A DNA stretch of 64,000 bases from a bacterium (GTDB lineage: Bacteria > DRYD01). Shown here one piece after another: positions 48,754-59,300 of the stretch (within the stretch, counting starts at the first letter, position 1; each line of letters opens with the position of its first letter). The DNA lies in assembly GCA_039630415.1 (NCBI GenBank), contig JBCNVB010000018.1, positions 106,663 through 170,662 of the forward strand, given 5' to 3'. The notes under the pieces are model-generated. The model was not told where the DNA came from. It ran no database searches and worked only from the letters and a program-made list of their open reading frames with translations. Made by a program: the position numbers and the translations under genes.

Positions 48754-50061
48754 TCAATTATCAAGTAAGCTCTTTAAGACAAATCTCATGTTATTGACTT
48801 TATACACTACAGAACCATAAGATAAGTAATCAGGATTATACAAATAAATCTTATGTTTTTCTTTTCCAACCAATTCTATCGTGTATAATTCATACTTAGA
48901 ATTTAAAGGATTAGTATCGAATTTTTTGTGATACTCTAAATCTCTCAAAGTATTAATTAACATATTAACGAGCGATGTTTTCTCCTCATTTTTAGGAGAA
49001 AACCAGTTACCCTCTTTTTTGATAAACTTAAATTTTGCTCTAGAATCTGAAACATATAATGTATCAAAATCATCAAAGTTCTCTATGTAATAGCTAAAAA
49101 TCTTTTTTTCAATCATTTGCTTATTAAGCCACTCTTTCACCTCAAAGCTAGGTAAAATCAATACGTACTTTCTATATGAACATATGACAGCAAAACCATC
49201 TTTGTCATACTCGTAAATTTGTATCGCATACTCTTTTTTATCATTTGTAATCACTTTTATGTTTGCAACTAATTTTTTGCTAGTAACTTTCTTTTGATTC
49301 TGTTGATAAGGTATAGCCTGCTTGAAATCATAGTTGTTAAGCACTGCAAAAAGAGAGTTAATATAATCTCGCGATACTAGAGTTCCATCTGAAACCTTCC
49401 ATATTATCTTGCTTTGATCTTCTTCAAGATCCTTTTTCTTCACCTTTTTTATCTCTTCTTTGTATATAACTTGGTTGTTAACAATTAGCTTATTAACATT
49501 TTGCTGATCAATGTTTAACACTTTTTTCATTCGAAACTCATCTATAGTTTTATCCAGATAATTGAAATCCCAATAACTTACAACATAGATTTTATGTTTG
49601 TAAATTGGATGATTTACCCACAGATAGGTTTCACTCGTAAAATCATTCTTTATTCCTCTTTTTACATGATACAGTTCTTTATTATATGTAAAGTAGACAT
49701 CGATCGAAGTTTTGAAAAATTGATTATAGTATTCTTTCGAAAAAGGAATAACCTCGTTGACCGTAGGTTGGTAAATACTAGAGATTATATTGTCAACCAT
49801 ATAACTATAAGCTATATCATCAATTGGATAAACAAACCAGAATTCGTTTTTCTTCACCAATTCTATTCTAGATTTTTTCGAAGAAGAGTTGTATATTATC
49901 AGAGTGGATATAATTTTTTTGTCCAATTTTTTTTCAAAGATTGTTTTTTCAAGCTGTTCTTTCTTAGTTTTTGAATAATCTTTGTAGTACTGTAATCCCA
50001 ACAAGATGGTTAGTATTGCAAGAATTATGGTTATTATTATAGTAAAACTACTTTGATACAT
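48754..50061 (-). CDS. Hypothetical membrane-anchored protein, DUF4340-like (by context and architecture)
   Basis: An N-terminal TM helix, then about 400 aa of extracytoplasmic sequence. It sits immediately downstream of a GldG-like gene, which is the usual DUF4340 position. Confidence 0.4.
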   Translation of the reverse strand: MYQSSFTIIITIILAILTILLGLQYYKDYSKTKKEQLEKTIFEKKLDKKIISTLIIYNSSSKKSRIELVKKNEFWFVYPIDDIAYSYMVDNIISSIYQPTVNEVIPFSKEYYNQFFKTSIDVYFTYNKELYHVKRGIKNDFTSETYLWVNHPIYKHKIYVVSYWDFNYLDKTIDEFRMKKVLNIDQQNVNKLIVNNQVIYKEEIKKVKKKDLEEDQSKIIWKVSDGTLVSRDYINSLFAVLNNYDFKQAIPYQQNQKKVTSKKLVANIKVITNDKKEYAIQIYEYDKDGFAVICSYRKYVLILPSFEVKEWLNKQMIEKKIFSYYIENFDDFDTLYVSDSRAKFKFIKKEGNWFSPKNEEKTSLVNMLINTLRDLEYHKKFDTNPLNSKYELYTIELVGKEKHKIYLYNPDYLSYGSVVYKVNNMRFVLKSLLDN

Positions 50062-51379
50062 CCTTAATTAATCTTACCCTCCTTTTTATAACGAAAAACA
50101 TAGTTACGAGCAGAAAAGCAAAGGGTAAAACTAAATAGAAAACGTAGAGAAGCAGCTGATGACCAGCAGGTATAAGAATGGGTACATCTGGAATATCCTT
50201 GGGTTTGAAAACAAATCCTGTTTCATTTCCAGCAAAGTAATCAATAATAGCAAGAATAAAGTTTAGATTTTCTCCCGCATTTAATAGAAGGTTCATAAAC
50301 ATACTATAGTCCCCTATAACAAGAAGATTAGCTTTCTTATCTTTGAATATTTTCTCAGACATTATTGCTACATTGTAGTCCTTAACAAGATCTTTACTCA
50401 GTACCACCTTACCTTTTTTGATCATATCCTTAGTAATCATTATACCTTTTGCGGTTAAAACTTCAGATAGAGAAGAATCATTTGAATTCTGAGCCCTATT
50501 TATGGGTAGTGGAGTTATCAGATAAAAATTAACGTTTGATAATGCTGCAAGATATGGCAAATTAACAGGATTACCAATAACAACAGATAAATTATTCGGA
50601 TCAAGACCTATTATCGAATTCTCAGATATTTCTATACCAAAATCACTAACCAACTTAGTTATGTTAGGAAATTTAGATTTGTTATACTCTTTTATAGCTA
50701 ATATTACTTTTCCACCTTCATACAAATATTTTCTGACCTTAGATATTTCATAGTCAGAAAAATCTATTTTAGGAGCTATTATGAATAGTGCTAATGGATT
50801 GTAAAGTTCATTAGTAGCTAGATTTATGGTTTCAACATTTAACCCTTCATCAGTTAGAGATTTGGATAAATTACTTAAACCTCTTGGATTATAGTCATCA
50901 ATACTGGGCTCTTTATGACCTGTGGTTATTAATATCTTTCCCTGCTTTTGGCGTAACAAGTTTGAAACAACGTTTGCAAACTTTTCATTATCTATCGTAC
51001 TTTCAAACTTTTTTCTATTCTTATACATTATCAAAACTTGGTTTGAAGAAGAGAATCCATACAATTGAGCCTTGACAATATCTCTACGCGGATCCAAAAA
51101 CTCATACTTTACTTTCTTCGAATATCTCGATAAATTAACCAATGTTTGAGAAATGTTTTCATATTCCTGACTACCTTTATCATATAAAACCTTTACATAT
51201 ACATCTTCCTCTAGTCTATTTAGAAGGTCTATTATTTTCTTATCCAAGGTATATCTTTTATTCTTTGTCCAGTCAAAAACTACTGGGTTCCTCTCCAACA
51301 AATAGACCAATATTATACCAATTAAAACTATGGCTAGTATTTCCAATATTCTATTAGCAAATTTCCCCATAATCAACAC
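50048..51379 (-). CDS. GldG-like ABC-transporter auxiliary component (ABC_transp_aux family)
   Basis: N- and C-terminal TM helices. The FDWTKNKRYTLDKKIIDLLNRLEEDVYVKVLY pattern is typical of GldG-type proteins, from memory. Confidence 0.5.
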   Translation of the reverse strand: MLIMGKFANRILEILAIVLIGIILVYLLERNPVVFDWTKNKRYTLDKKIIDLLNRLEEDVYVKVLYDKGSQEYENISQTLVNLSRYSKKVKYEFLDPRRDIVKAQLYGFSSSNQVLIMYKNRKKFESTIDNEKFANVVSNLLRQKQGKILITTGHKEPSIDDYNPRGLSNLSKSLTDEGLNVETINLATNELYNPLALFIIAPKIDFSDYEISKVRKYLYEGGKVILAIKEYNKSKFPNITKLVSDFGIEISENSIIGLDPNNLSVVIGNPVNLPYLAALSNVNFYLITPLPINRAQNSNDSSLSEVLTAKGIMITKDMIKKGKVVLSKDLVKDYNVAIMSEKIFKDKKANLLVIGDYSMFMNLLLNAGENLNFILAIIDYFAGNETGFVFKPKDIPDVPILIPAGHQLLLYVFYLVLPFAFLLVTMFFVIKRRVRLIKDVSK

Positions 51380-51383
51380 CTCT

Positions 51384-54300
51384 TTATACCTTCTCTTCTA
51401 CTACTTCTTCTATGGAGACATTCTTGTATAGAGAGTAGTTAGTACCTACTGGTACTGGTTTTCCTATTATGATATTTTCTTTTAGCCCTGTAAGGTGATC
51501 TTTCTTACCACTTATAGCAGCGTAGGATATCATTCTTGTTATTTCCTGGAATGAAGCAGAAGAAAGCCAAGATTCTGAAGTTAAAGCTGCCTTACTTATA
51601 CCTAAAACTTCCGGAAGAGCTCTGATTAATTTTCCACCTTTTCTTGCTATTATATTATTCAGATATTCCACTACAAATTTATCCACTAATTCACCATACA
51701 TTAGAGTACTATCTCCCGGATCATCGATTTTAACAAATCTAAACATTTGCCTTATTATTATTTCCATATGTTTGTCATGAATAAACACACCCTGGCTTAG
51801 ATATACTTTTTGCATTTCATCAAGTACATACATTTGGGATATTTCTATAGCTTTTTTAACTTGTGGATGGTGAATAATATCTATTTCATTATCTTTATTT
51901 TCTTCTCTAACCTTTTCTATTACTTTCTCTATGAATTCCTTTGGAGAAATAGTTCCAACGATAATGGTAGTTCCTGCGGTGATTACTTGTCCCTCATTAA
52001 CAGCTAATTTTCTAGTTAGAGGGACTTCTATATAATACTCTTTTCCTGTTTCTAGACCTTTAAGTACTACAACGTTTGATGTAGTTTTGTTTTCTATCCT
52101 TACAACACGTGAATCTTCAACAGCAAATAAGCTACTATGGTATTTAGTCTTCTTTCTGATTTCTAATAGTTCTTGAACCCTTGGTATACCTTGTATTATG
52201 TCATAATCAAGTGCTACACCACCAGTATGGAAAGTTCTTAGAGTTAATTGAGTACCGGGTTCACCAATACTTTGTGCAGCTATTATTCCCACAGCTTCTC
52301 CAAGATCTATTAATCTATTACCCAATCCCAAATCTTCACCATAACACTTCTTACACACACCTTTGAAAACCTTACATTTCAAAACACTTCTCACTTTTGC
52401 TTCAGTATAGTACTTAGCTACCTGCTTAGCTTTGTTCCTGTCTATTAGTTCCCCTTTGCGCACTATTATTTGGTTAGTTATTGGATCTATAAAATCTTGA
52501 GCTGCAACTCTTCCTCTAATCCTATTTACTAAAGGTAATATCTCTTCTTCCATAAATACAGATACTTTATCTTTTTGACTTTGCTTAAGTTTCTGATATA
52601 TGGTAAAATCTATAGTTTGATATTTTTCTGCTACATTTGGTATATTTTCAGCTAATACTTTTCCAAAAGACTTCTCCACTTCAATCATTTCTGGTTCTAG
52701 GGTATAATGAACAATCTTTATAGGCTTAATTACAATATACTCTTCAGTTTGACAATCTTCTTCTCTTACTACAACATCTTGTGCTACATCAACCAATTTT
52801 CGAGTTAGATATCCTGCATCTGCTGTTCTTAAAGCAGTATCAACTAATCCCTTCCTTCCTCCGTGACTTGCTATGAAGTAGTCAAATACTCCTAAACCTT
52901 CAGTAAATGAATTCTTAATAGGTAAGGGAATTATTTCTCCTTTTGGATTAACCATTAGTCCTCTTATTGCAACCAATTGTTTTGCTTGATCAACATTACC
53001 CCTTGCTCCCGAGTTAGCTAACATCCATATAGAGTTAAGAGGCATATGCTCAGACATATGTGATTTAAAATCATCTGTTACCTTATCAGTTGCATCATAC
53101 CATGTATCTATTATCTTTCTTTTTCTTTCTTCATCATTTAATAGACCCATACTGTACATTTCTTCCCAGACCAATTCCTGCTCAGAAGCTTTTGATATTA
53201 TAGCTTGCTTATTCGGAGGAATAACTAATTCGTCAATAGAGATGGTAGTACCTGACCTGGTGGCAAAAAGAAAACCTATTTCCTTCAACTCATCCAGTAC
53301 AGGCTGAGTCTTATGCATTCCATATGTATATATACACTCCTCTACAATCCATTTAAGTTCCTTTTTACCAACAGTGAAGTTAATAAATGGAAACTCTGGT
53401 ATATGTTTTCTTATTGAATTGTTAAATATTATTCTACCTATGGTCGTTAATACTTTATTTTCATTATACTCTACGACTTCTGAAGGCTTATTGGCTAATT
53501 TGGAAAAATCAACCTTGTAATATACCCATGTATGTAAAGATTCTTTTAGCTCAAAGTACCTTCTGTAAGCTTCTTCATAGGAAGATACGTAGATATTTAC
53601 TTCTTTTGGATCTGGTTTTTTATCTTCATAAGTTAGCCAGAAGGCTCCCAAAACCATGTCTTGTGATGGTACATTAGCGGGTTCACCATTAGCAGGTATA
53701 AGCATATTGTTTATTGATAAAAGGATGTTTCTATACTCAAGCATTGCTTCAACCGATAAAGGAATATGTACTGCCATTTGATCACCATCGAAATCTGCGT
53801 TATAAGGTGAACATACCAAAGGATGAATCTGTATTGCTTTGGTTTTAACTATTCTAGGATAGAAAGCTTGTATACTTAATCTATGTAGTGTAGGCGCTCT
53901 ATTTAGTATAACAGGGAAATTTTCAACAACTTTTTGAACAGTAGGCCATATCTCTGGATTTCTTTGTTCTATCATCTTCTTGGCTTTCTTTATATTGTCA
54001 GCTTTACCATCTTCTATAAGCTTATTAATTATGAATGGTTTAAATAGTTCAAGTACCATTTCTTCAGGTAATCCACATTCATAGAATTTAAGTTTTGGAT
54101 TTACAACTATCACACTTCTTCCCGAGTAATCAACTCTCTTACCTAGCAGATTGTATCTAAACCTACCTTGCTTACCCTGTATATTATCCGAAAGAGATTT
54201 GAGAATTCTTCTATTAGACACTGCTAATGGTCTATCTGTTTTAGAGTTATCAATAAGAGCATCTACAGCCTTTTGTAGCATCCTTTTTTCATTGTTTATT

Positions 54301-56363
54301 ATTATCTCAGGTGCTTGTATCTCTATTAGCCTCTTAAGTCGATTATTTCGATTTATGATCCTTCTGTAAAGGTCATTCAAATCAGAAGAAGCAAATTTTC
54401 CTCCCTCAAGCCTTACTATTGGCCGTAATTCAGCAGGTAAAACAGGTAATACTTCTAAAACCATCCATTCAGGCCTTACATTACCCTTTATAAATGAATT
54501 AATCACACCCAATCTTCTTAGTAACTTCTTATCACCCTTTTTAGTGGTGGTTAGGAGCTTCTTTATCTCCTCTCTTTCCTTTTCTAGATCTATTCTTGAT
54601 AGTAGTTCTCTTATAGGTTCTGCTCCAGTTTCAAGCTTGAAAAATACGGTAAAATTATCTGACAACATTCGAACTACTTTTTGTATAAACTTGGAATCTA
54701 TCGTTGAGAATATGTTTTGTATAAAGTAACCTAATTGCTCTAAAATCTTTGCTTCCTTTTCTTTAAGAATATTTACAATCTCGTTTTTATCCTTGATCCC
54801 TTTGTTATTTTCGCTAACCTTCTCTTTACTTGACTCAATTAATCTTGATTTGTTATATTCTTTTTTCAATTCTTCATATTCCTTGATAGTCTGTAAATAT
54901 TCTTCTTTCCATTTCTTAACATCATTGCTAACTTTATATTCGAAGTCCGACCTTAACTTTTTGAGATTCTCTACGATATCTATTATGTTTATAACCTCGG
55001 TTAAAGATATCTTATATTCTACCAGGTCAGTATACAGATTTTTGATTTCCCTAACCAAATGTAGGTTTTCTTCAACAAATTCCTGGTTTTCCTCTATACT
55101 AGCTAGATTATCCATTATTTGATTATGTTCATTCAGAATCTTCTTGAATTCCTTAGTAGGGAACTTATATGAGTCTAGAAAAGAAGTATAATCCGGGTAA
55201 GTTGATGATTTTTCTATTAAATCTTCCAAACCGGATATAAATGGATATATTGAAAGTTTTAAAATATTATCAAGCTCTCTCTTAATTTTCTTCTGTATAC
55301 TTTTGTCTTTAACACCAGATAATTTAGAACCTATATCCAGATTTATAGCTCTTTCAATAGATTCAGCTTTATCCTTGTGCTTTGATAAAATTGATTCCAA
55401 CTTATTTATAGACACTTTCATTATTTTCTCAACTTCTTCTTTTAGATTGATCACCATATTAAGGAAAACAGTTTTTTCTTTTTCATACTTCTCAGTTTCA
55501 TAAAGTAGCTCTTTTTCTTCATTTCTAAAGATTTCTTTGAATGCTAGTTTATGAAGTAATCTTTGAATCTTTAGGTATCCTCTGTATCCTTTGTCTGGTC
55601 TCCCTTTGTCGATATTTTCTATATTTTCAAAAATCTTGATGAAATTTATTATCTCTTTGTTCTTTTTAGCTTCAGAATAGAGCTTTTTGGTAAGAGAAGA
55701 ATAATCTTCATCTAGTTTGTTTTCTAGTTTCTCTATCTTTTTAGCATCCATCTGAAATATCGGACAGTTTTCAATCAGAAATACACCAACCTTATTAGCA
55801 AACTCAAAACACTTATCTACAACTTCGTTTCCTTTTAATCTTTGATACTCTTCCTCAAGTTTTTCCATTAGTTCCTTTCTAGTATTGATATAACCTATTT
55901 TCACAAGGAACATCAATTTGTTGATGTTATTTATATCAAGATCTGTACACACAAAAGATTCAAAATACACTACTTCTTTTATTTGCTTATCTTCCAGATC
56001 TAACAGGATAGATATTATTCCTGGGTTACCTTGTAAAAACCAAAAGTGTACAACAGGAGTTGCAAGTTCTATATGACCCATTCTTTCCCTTCTTACGTCA
56101 GATTTAGTTACCTCTACTCCACACTTTTCACATATTATACCTTTAGTTTTTATTTTTTTTCTTCTGTATTTTCCACATGCACATTCATAATCTTTATCTG
56201 GACCAAATATTCTCTCACAGAAAAGCCCATCTCTTTCAGGTTTGAATGTTTTAAAGTTTTTAGTTTCCGGCTTTTTTACTTCACCATAGGATAGTTCTCT
56301 TATTCTTTGTGGGGAAGCTAAAGATATCTTTATGTACTTTATGTTGTTAAACGTTAGTGTCAT
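51384..56363 (-). CDS. rpoC: DNA-directed RNA polymerase subunit beta-prime (1659 aa, with a large lineage-specific insertion)
   Basis: Zn finger CACGKY...[43 protein letters not shown], the catalytic [12 protein letters not shown], the bridge helix [25 protein letters not shown], and the trigger loop [16 protein letters not shown]. Confidence 0.97.
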   Translation of the reverse strand: MTLTFNNIKYIKISLASPQRIRELSYGEVKKPETKNFKTFKPERDGLFCERIFGPDKDYECACGKYRRKKIKTKGIICEKCGVEVTKSDVRRERMGHIELATPVVHFWFLQGNPGIISILLDLEDKQIKEVVYFESFVCTDLDINNINKLMFLVKIGYINTRKELMEKLEEEYQRLKGNEVVDKCFEFANKVGVFLIENCPIFQMDAKKIEKLENKLDEDYSSLTKKLYSEAKKNKEIINFIKIFENIENIDKGRPDKGYRGYLKIQRLLHKLAFKEIFRNEEKELLYETEKYEKEKTVFLNMVINLKEEVEKIMKVSINKLESILSKHKDKAESIERAINLDIGSKLSGVKDKSIQKKIKRELDNILKLSIYPFISGLEDLIEKSSTYPDYTSFLDSYKFPTKEFKKILNEHNQIMDNLASIEENQEFVEENLHLVREIKNLYTDLVEYKISLTEVINIIDIVENLKKLRSDFEYKVSNDVKKWKEEYLQTIKEYEELKKEYNKSRLIESSKEKVSENNKGIKDKNEIVNILKEKEAKILEQLGYFIQNIFSTIDSKFIQKVVRMLSDNFTVFFKLETGAEPIRELLSRIDLEKEREEIKKLLTTTKKGDKKLLRRLGVINSFIKGNVRPEWMVLEVLPVLPAELRPIVRLEGGKFASSDLNDLYRRIINRNNRLKRLIEIQAPEIIINNEKRMLQKAVDALIDNSKTDRPLAVSNRRILKSLSDNIQGKQGRFRYNLLGKRVDYSGRSVIVVNPKLKFYECGLPEEMVLELFKPFIINKLIEDGKADNIKKAKKMIEQRNPEIWPTVQKVVENFPVILNRAPTLHRLSIQAFYPRIVKTKAIQIHPLVCSPYNADFDGDQMAVHIPLSVEAMLEYRNILLSINNMLIPANGEPANVPSQDMVLGAFWLTYEDKKPDPKEVNIYVSSYEEAYRRYFELKESLHTWVYYKVDFSKLANKPSEVVEYNENKVLTTIGRIIFNNSIRKHIPEFPFINFTVGKKELKWIVEECIYTYGMHKTQPVLDELKEIGFLFATRSGTTISIDELVIPPNKQAIISKASEQELVWEEMYSMGLLNDEERKRKIIDTWYDATDKVTDDFKSHMSEHMPLNSIWMLANSGARGNVDQAKQLVAIRGLMVNPKGEIIPLPIKNSFTEGLGVFDYFIASHGGRKGLVDTALRTADAGYLTRKLVDVAQDVVVREEDCQTEEYIVIKPIKIVHYTLEPEMIEVEKSFGKVLAENIPNVAEKYQTIDFTIYQKLKQSQKDKVSVFMEEEILPLVNRIRGRVAAQDFIDPITNQIIVRKGELIDRNKAKQVAKYYTEAKVRSVLKCKVFKGVCKKCYGEDLGLGNRLIDLGEAVGIIAAQSIGEPGTQLTLRTFHTGGVALDYDIIQGIPRVQELLEIRKKTKYHSSLFAVEDSRVVRIENKTTSNVVVLKGLETGKEYYIEVPLTRKLAVNEGQVITAGTTIIVGTISPKEFIEKVIEKVREENKDNEIDIIHHPQVKKAIEISQMYVLDEMQKVYLSQGVFIHDKHMEIIIRQMFRFVKIDDPGDSTLMYGELVDKFVVEYLNNIIARKGGKLIRALPEVLGISKAALTSESWLSSASFQEITRMISYAAISGKKDHLTGLKENIIIGKPVPVGTNYSLYKNVSIEEVVEEKV

Positions 56364-56381
56364 ACTATAAACACCTTCCCT

Positions 56382-59300
56382 TCATAAAACAACAGTCTCT
56401 TCTTCTCCTTCAAATACTTCGAAATTCTTTGGTACAACGGTAGTATTTTTATCAGTTATTATCTCTATATCTAGTCCTAGTGCTTGCAATTCTTTAACTA
56501 AAACTTTGAAACTTTCAGGTATTCCAACGAATTTTACGGGTTTTCCTTTTATTATGCTTTCATAAGCCTTGTTTCTACCCATTACATCGTCCGATTTTAT
56601 TGTTAACATTTCATAAAGCGAGTAGGATGCTCCATAAGCTTCCAGAGCCCATACTTCCATTTCTCCAAATCTTTGTCCTCCGTTTTGTGCCCTTCCTCCC
56701 AAAGGCTGCTTGGTTATTAACGAGTAAGGACCTAATGACCTTGCGTGAATCTTATCCTCAACCATGTGTATTAACTTCATCATATATACGTATCCTACAG
56801 TTACTGGTCTATCAAAAGGATCCCCAGTTTTTCCATCATAAAGCATAAATTTTCCAGCACTTAAATCATCTATTATCATATCGTATAACTTTTCTACCTC
56901 TTGTGGTTTGAAATCCCTTATCGTAAACAATTTGTATAGCAATTCCTCCGAATAAGATTCAGCTTTACCTTTTAGCGATAACCTGCTAATAATTTCCTGC
57001 TTTGACAAGTTAAGCTTTTGTATAAGATGCTTAATAGTATAACCAGCGTTTCTTGATAAGATTATTAGCATTTCGTAAGGATCATAGTTTTTGAATTTAT
57101 CTGATTTAAGTTGCATGTATTGTTCTTTAAGAGCCTTTTTGAGTAATTCTTTTATATCTTTTATGTCTAACGAAGAAAAGGAAGGTACCTTTATTCGTAT
57201 GTTAAGTATTTTACATACCAATCCAAGATGTGCTTCGAATATTTGTCCTATATTCATTCTGGATGGTACACCTAGCGGGTTAAGTACTACTTGCACTGGT
57301 GTTCCATCCGCCATAAATGGCATATCTTCTATCGGAGCTACTAATGAAACAACACCTTTATTACCGTGTCTTAATGCAACCTTATCTCCAACTCTAATGT
57401 TTCTTCTTTGAGCTATATGTATTAAAACCCTCTTTATGTAATTTTGGTTTTCAAGTTCCATATCATCGGATTCAAAATTGAATACTCTTATTACCTTTCC
57501 GTATAATCCAGGAGAAGCTCTTAGAGAAGTATCTTTTGCATTTCTCGCATTTTTACCAAATATTGCCTGTAAGAGTTTTTCTTCCGGAGTTAATTCAGTT
57601 TCACTTTGAGGAGTTATCTTTCCTACCAATATATCTCCCGGTTTAACTTCCACCCCAATTCTTACTATCCCTTCTTCATCCAAATCTTTGACCAATTGTT
57701 CAGATATGCTTCCTATATCTCTTGTAATCATTTCTGGTCCTTGAGTTGTCATGACAGCTACTGTTTCTTTTTCTTCAATATGTATAGAGGAAAAATAGTT
57801 ATTTCTTATTAATTCTTCACTAAAAACGATAGCATCCTCGAAATTAAACCCTTCCCATGGCATATATGCCACCAGTACGTTTCTTCCCAAAGCTAGCTCA
57901 TCGTAATCTATAGCAAATCCAGCAGCTAGTATTTGACCCTCTTCAACCTCATCATCCATGTTAACGTATACTTTTTGATTTACCGTAGTGGAACTATTAG
58001 TTGGTATATATTTTCTCAAATAATAGTTATCAAATTCTCCGTCTTTTGTTTGTACTATGATTTTTTCGGAATCTACGTATACAACTTTACCTTTTCTTTT
58101 TGCAAGAATAGAATATCCACTATTGCGAGCTACGGTTTTCTCCATACCCGTTAGTATCAAAGGTTTCTCAGGATTAGTTAATGGTACCGCCTGTCTTTGC
58201 ATATTTGCTCCCATCAAAGCTCGATTTATATCATCATTTTCTATAAACGGTATTAACGAAGCTGATACAGAGAATATCTGAACAGGACTAATTTCTATAT
58301 AGTCAACCTTGTCCCTACTTACTACAGTAAAAGTACCTTTATATCTTACACTAACCTTAGGATTAATTATATTTCCTGTAGATATATCAAAACCCGTATC
58401 AAATGGAGCTATTTTGTAGTTTTCTTCTTCTGAAGTATCCAGATAGTAGATTTTACTGAAATCAATAACTCCGTTATTAACTTTGTAGTAAGGCGCAACA
58501 AGGAATCCAAACGGATAGTTTATAGTTGCATGCGTAGTTAGAGAGGTTATTAAACCTATATTTTGTCCTTCAGGTGTTTCAACAGGACATATTCGAGAGT
58601 AATGACTTGGATGTATATCCCTAATTTCGAAATTGGCTTGCTCTCTTTGTATTCCACCCACTCCCAAAGCGGATAATCTTCTTTTATGTGTCAGTTCAGA
58701 AAGTGGATTTGTTTGATCCAAAAATTGGGAAAGCGAATTCTGAGCAAAGAATACTTTTATAATACCTCCTATAGGTTTTGGATTGATTATCTCAAAAATC
58801 CTAAGTCTTGATTCGTCAGAAGCATATTGTGTTATCTTATCTTTCACGAGTTTTGTAAATTTGTATAACCCAGCTTTTATTACACTGTACAAATGTTCCC
58901 CTATAGGTCTTACTCTTCTATTTGCTAAACTGTTTGTATCGTCTATTTCTCTTCTGCCTTCCAAAAATTCTAAATGCAACCTCATGAGATTTATCCACTC
59001 TTTGTAAACGAAAGATCGTAGAAGTAGCTTTGTTCTGCGCTTATTAGACTTGGATGGTGATATTAGATAATTACCATCAAATTCAACCTCATTTAATTTG
59101 TACTCTTCACCAGTTATATCAAATTTAACCAATACTTTATCCGATAGATCCTCGCTACAGTACTCACATATAAATCTTATTTTGTTAGATTTTTTATCAC
59201 CTTCATATTTGAGAAGTTGATCTATGTTGTTAATGTTATTGCATTTGTAACATCTTACACCATCAAGGAAAATTGTGCTATAGAATAGTCTTTCATTACA

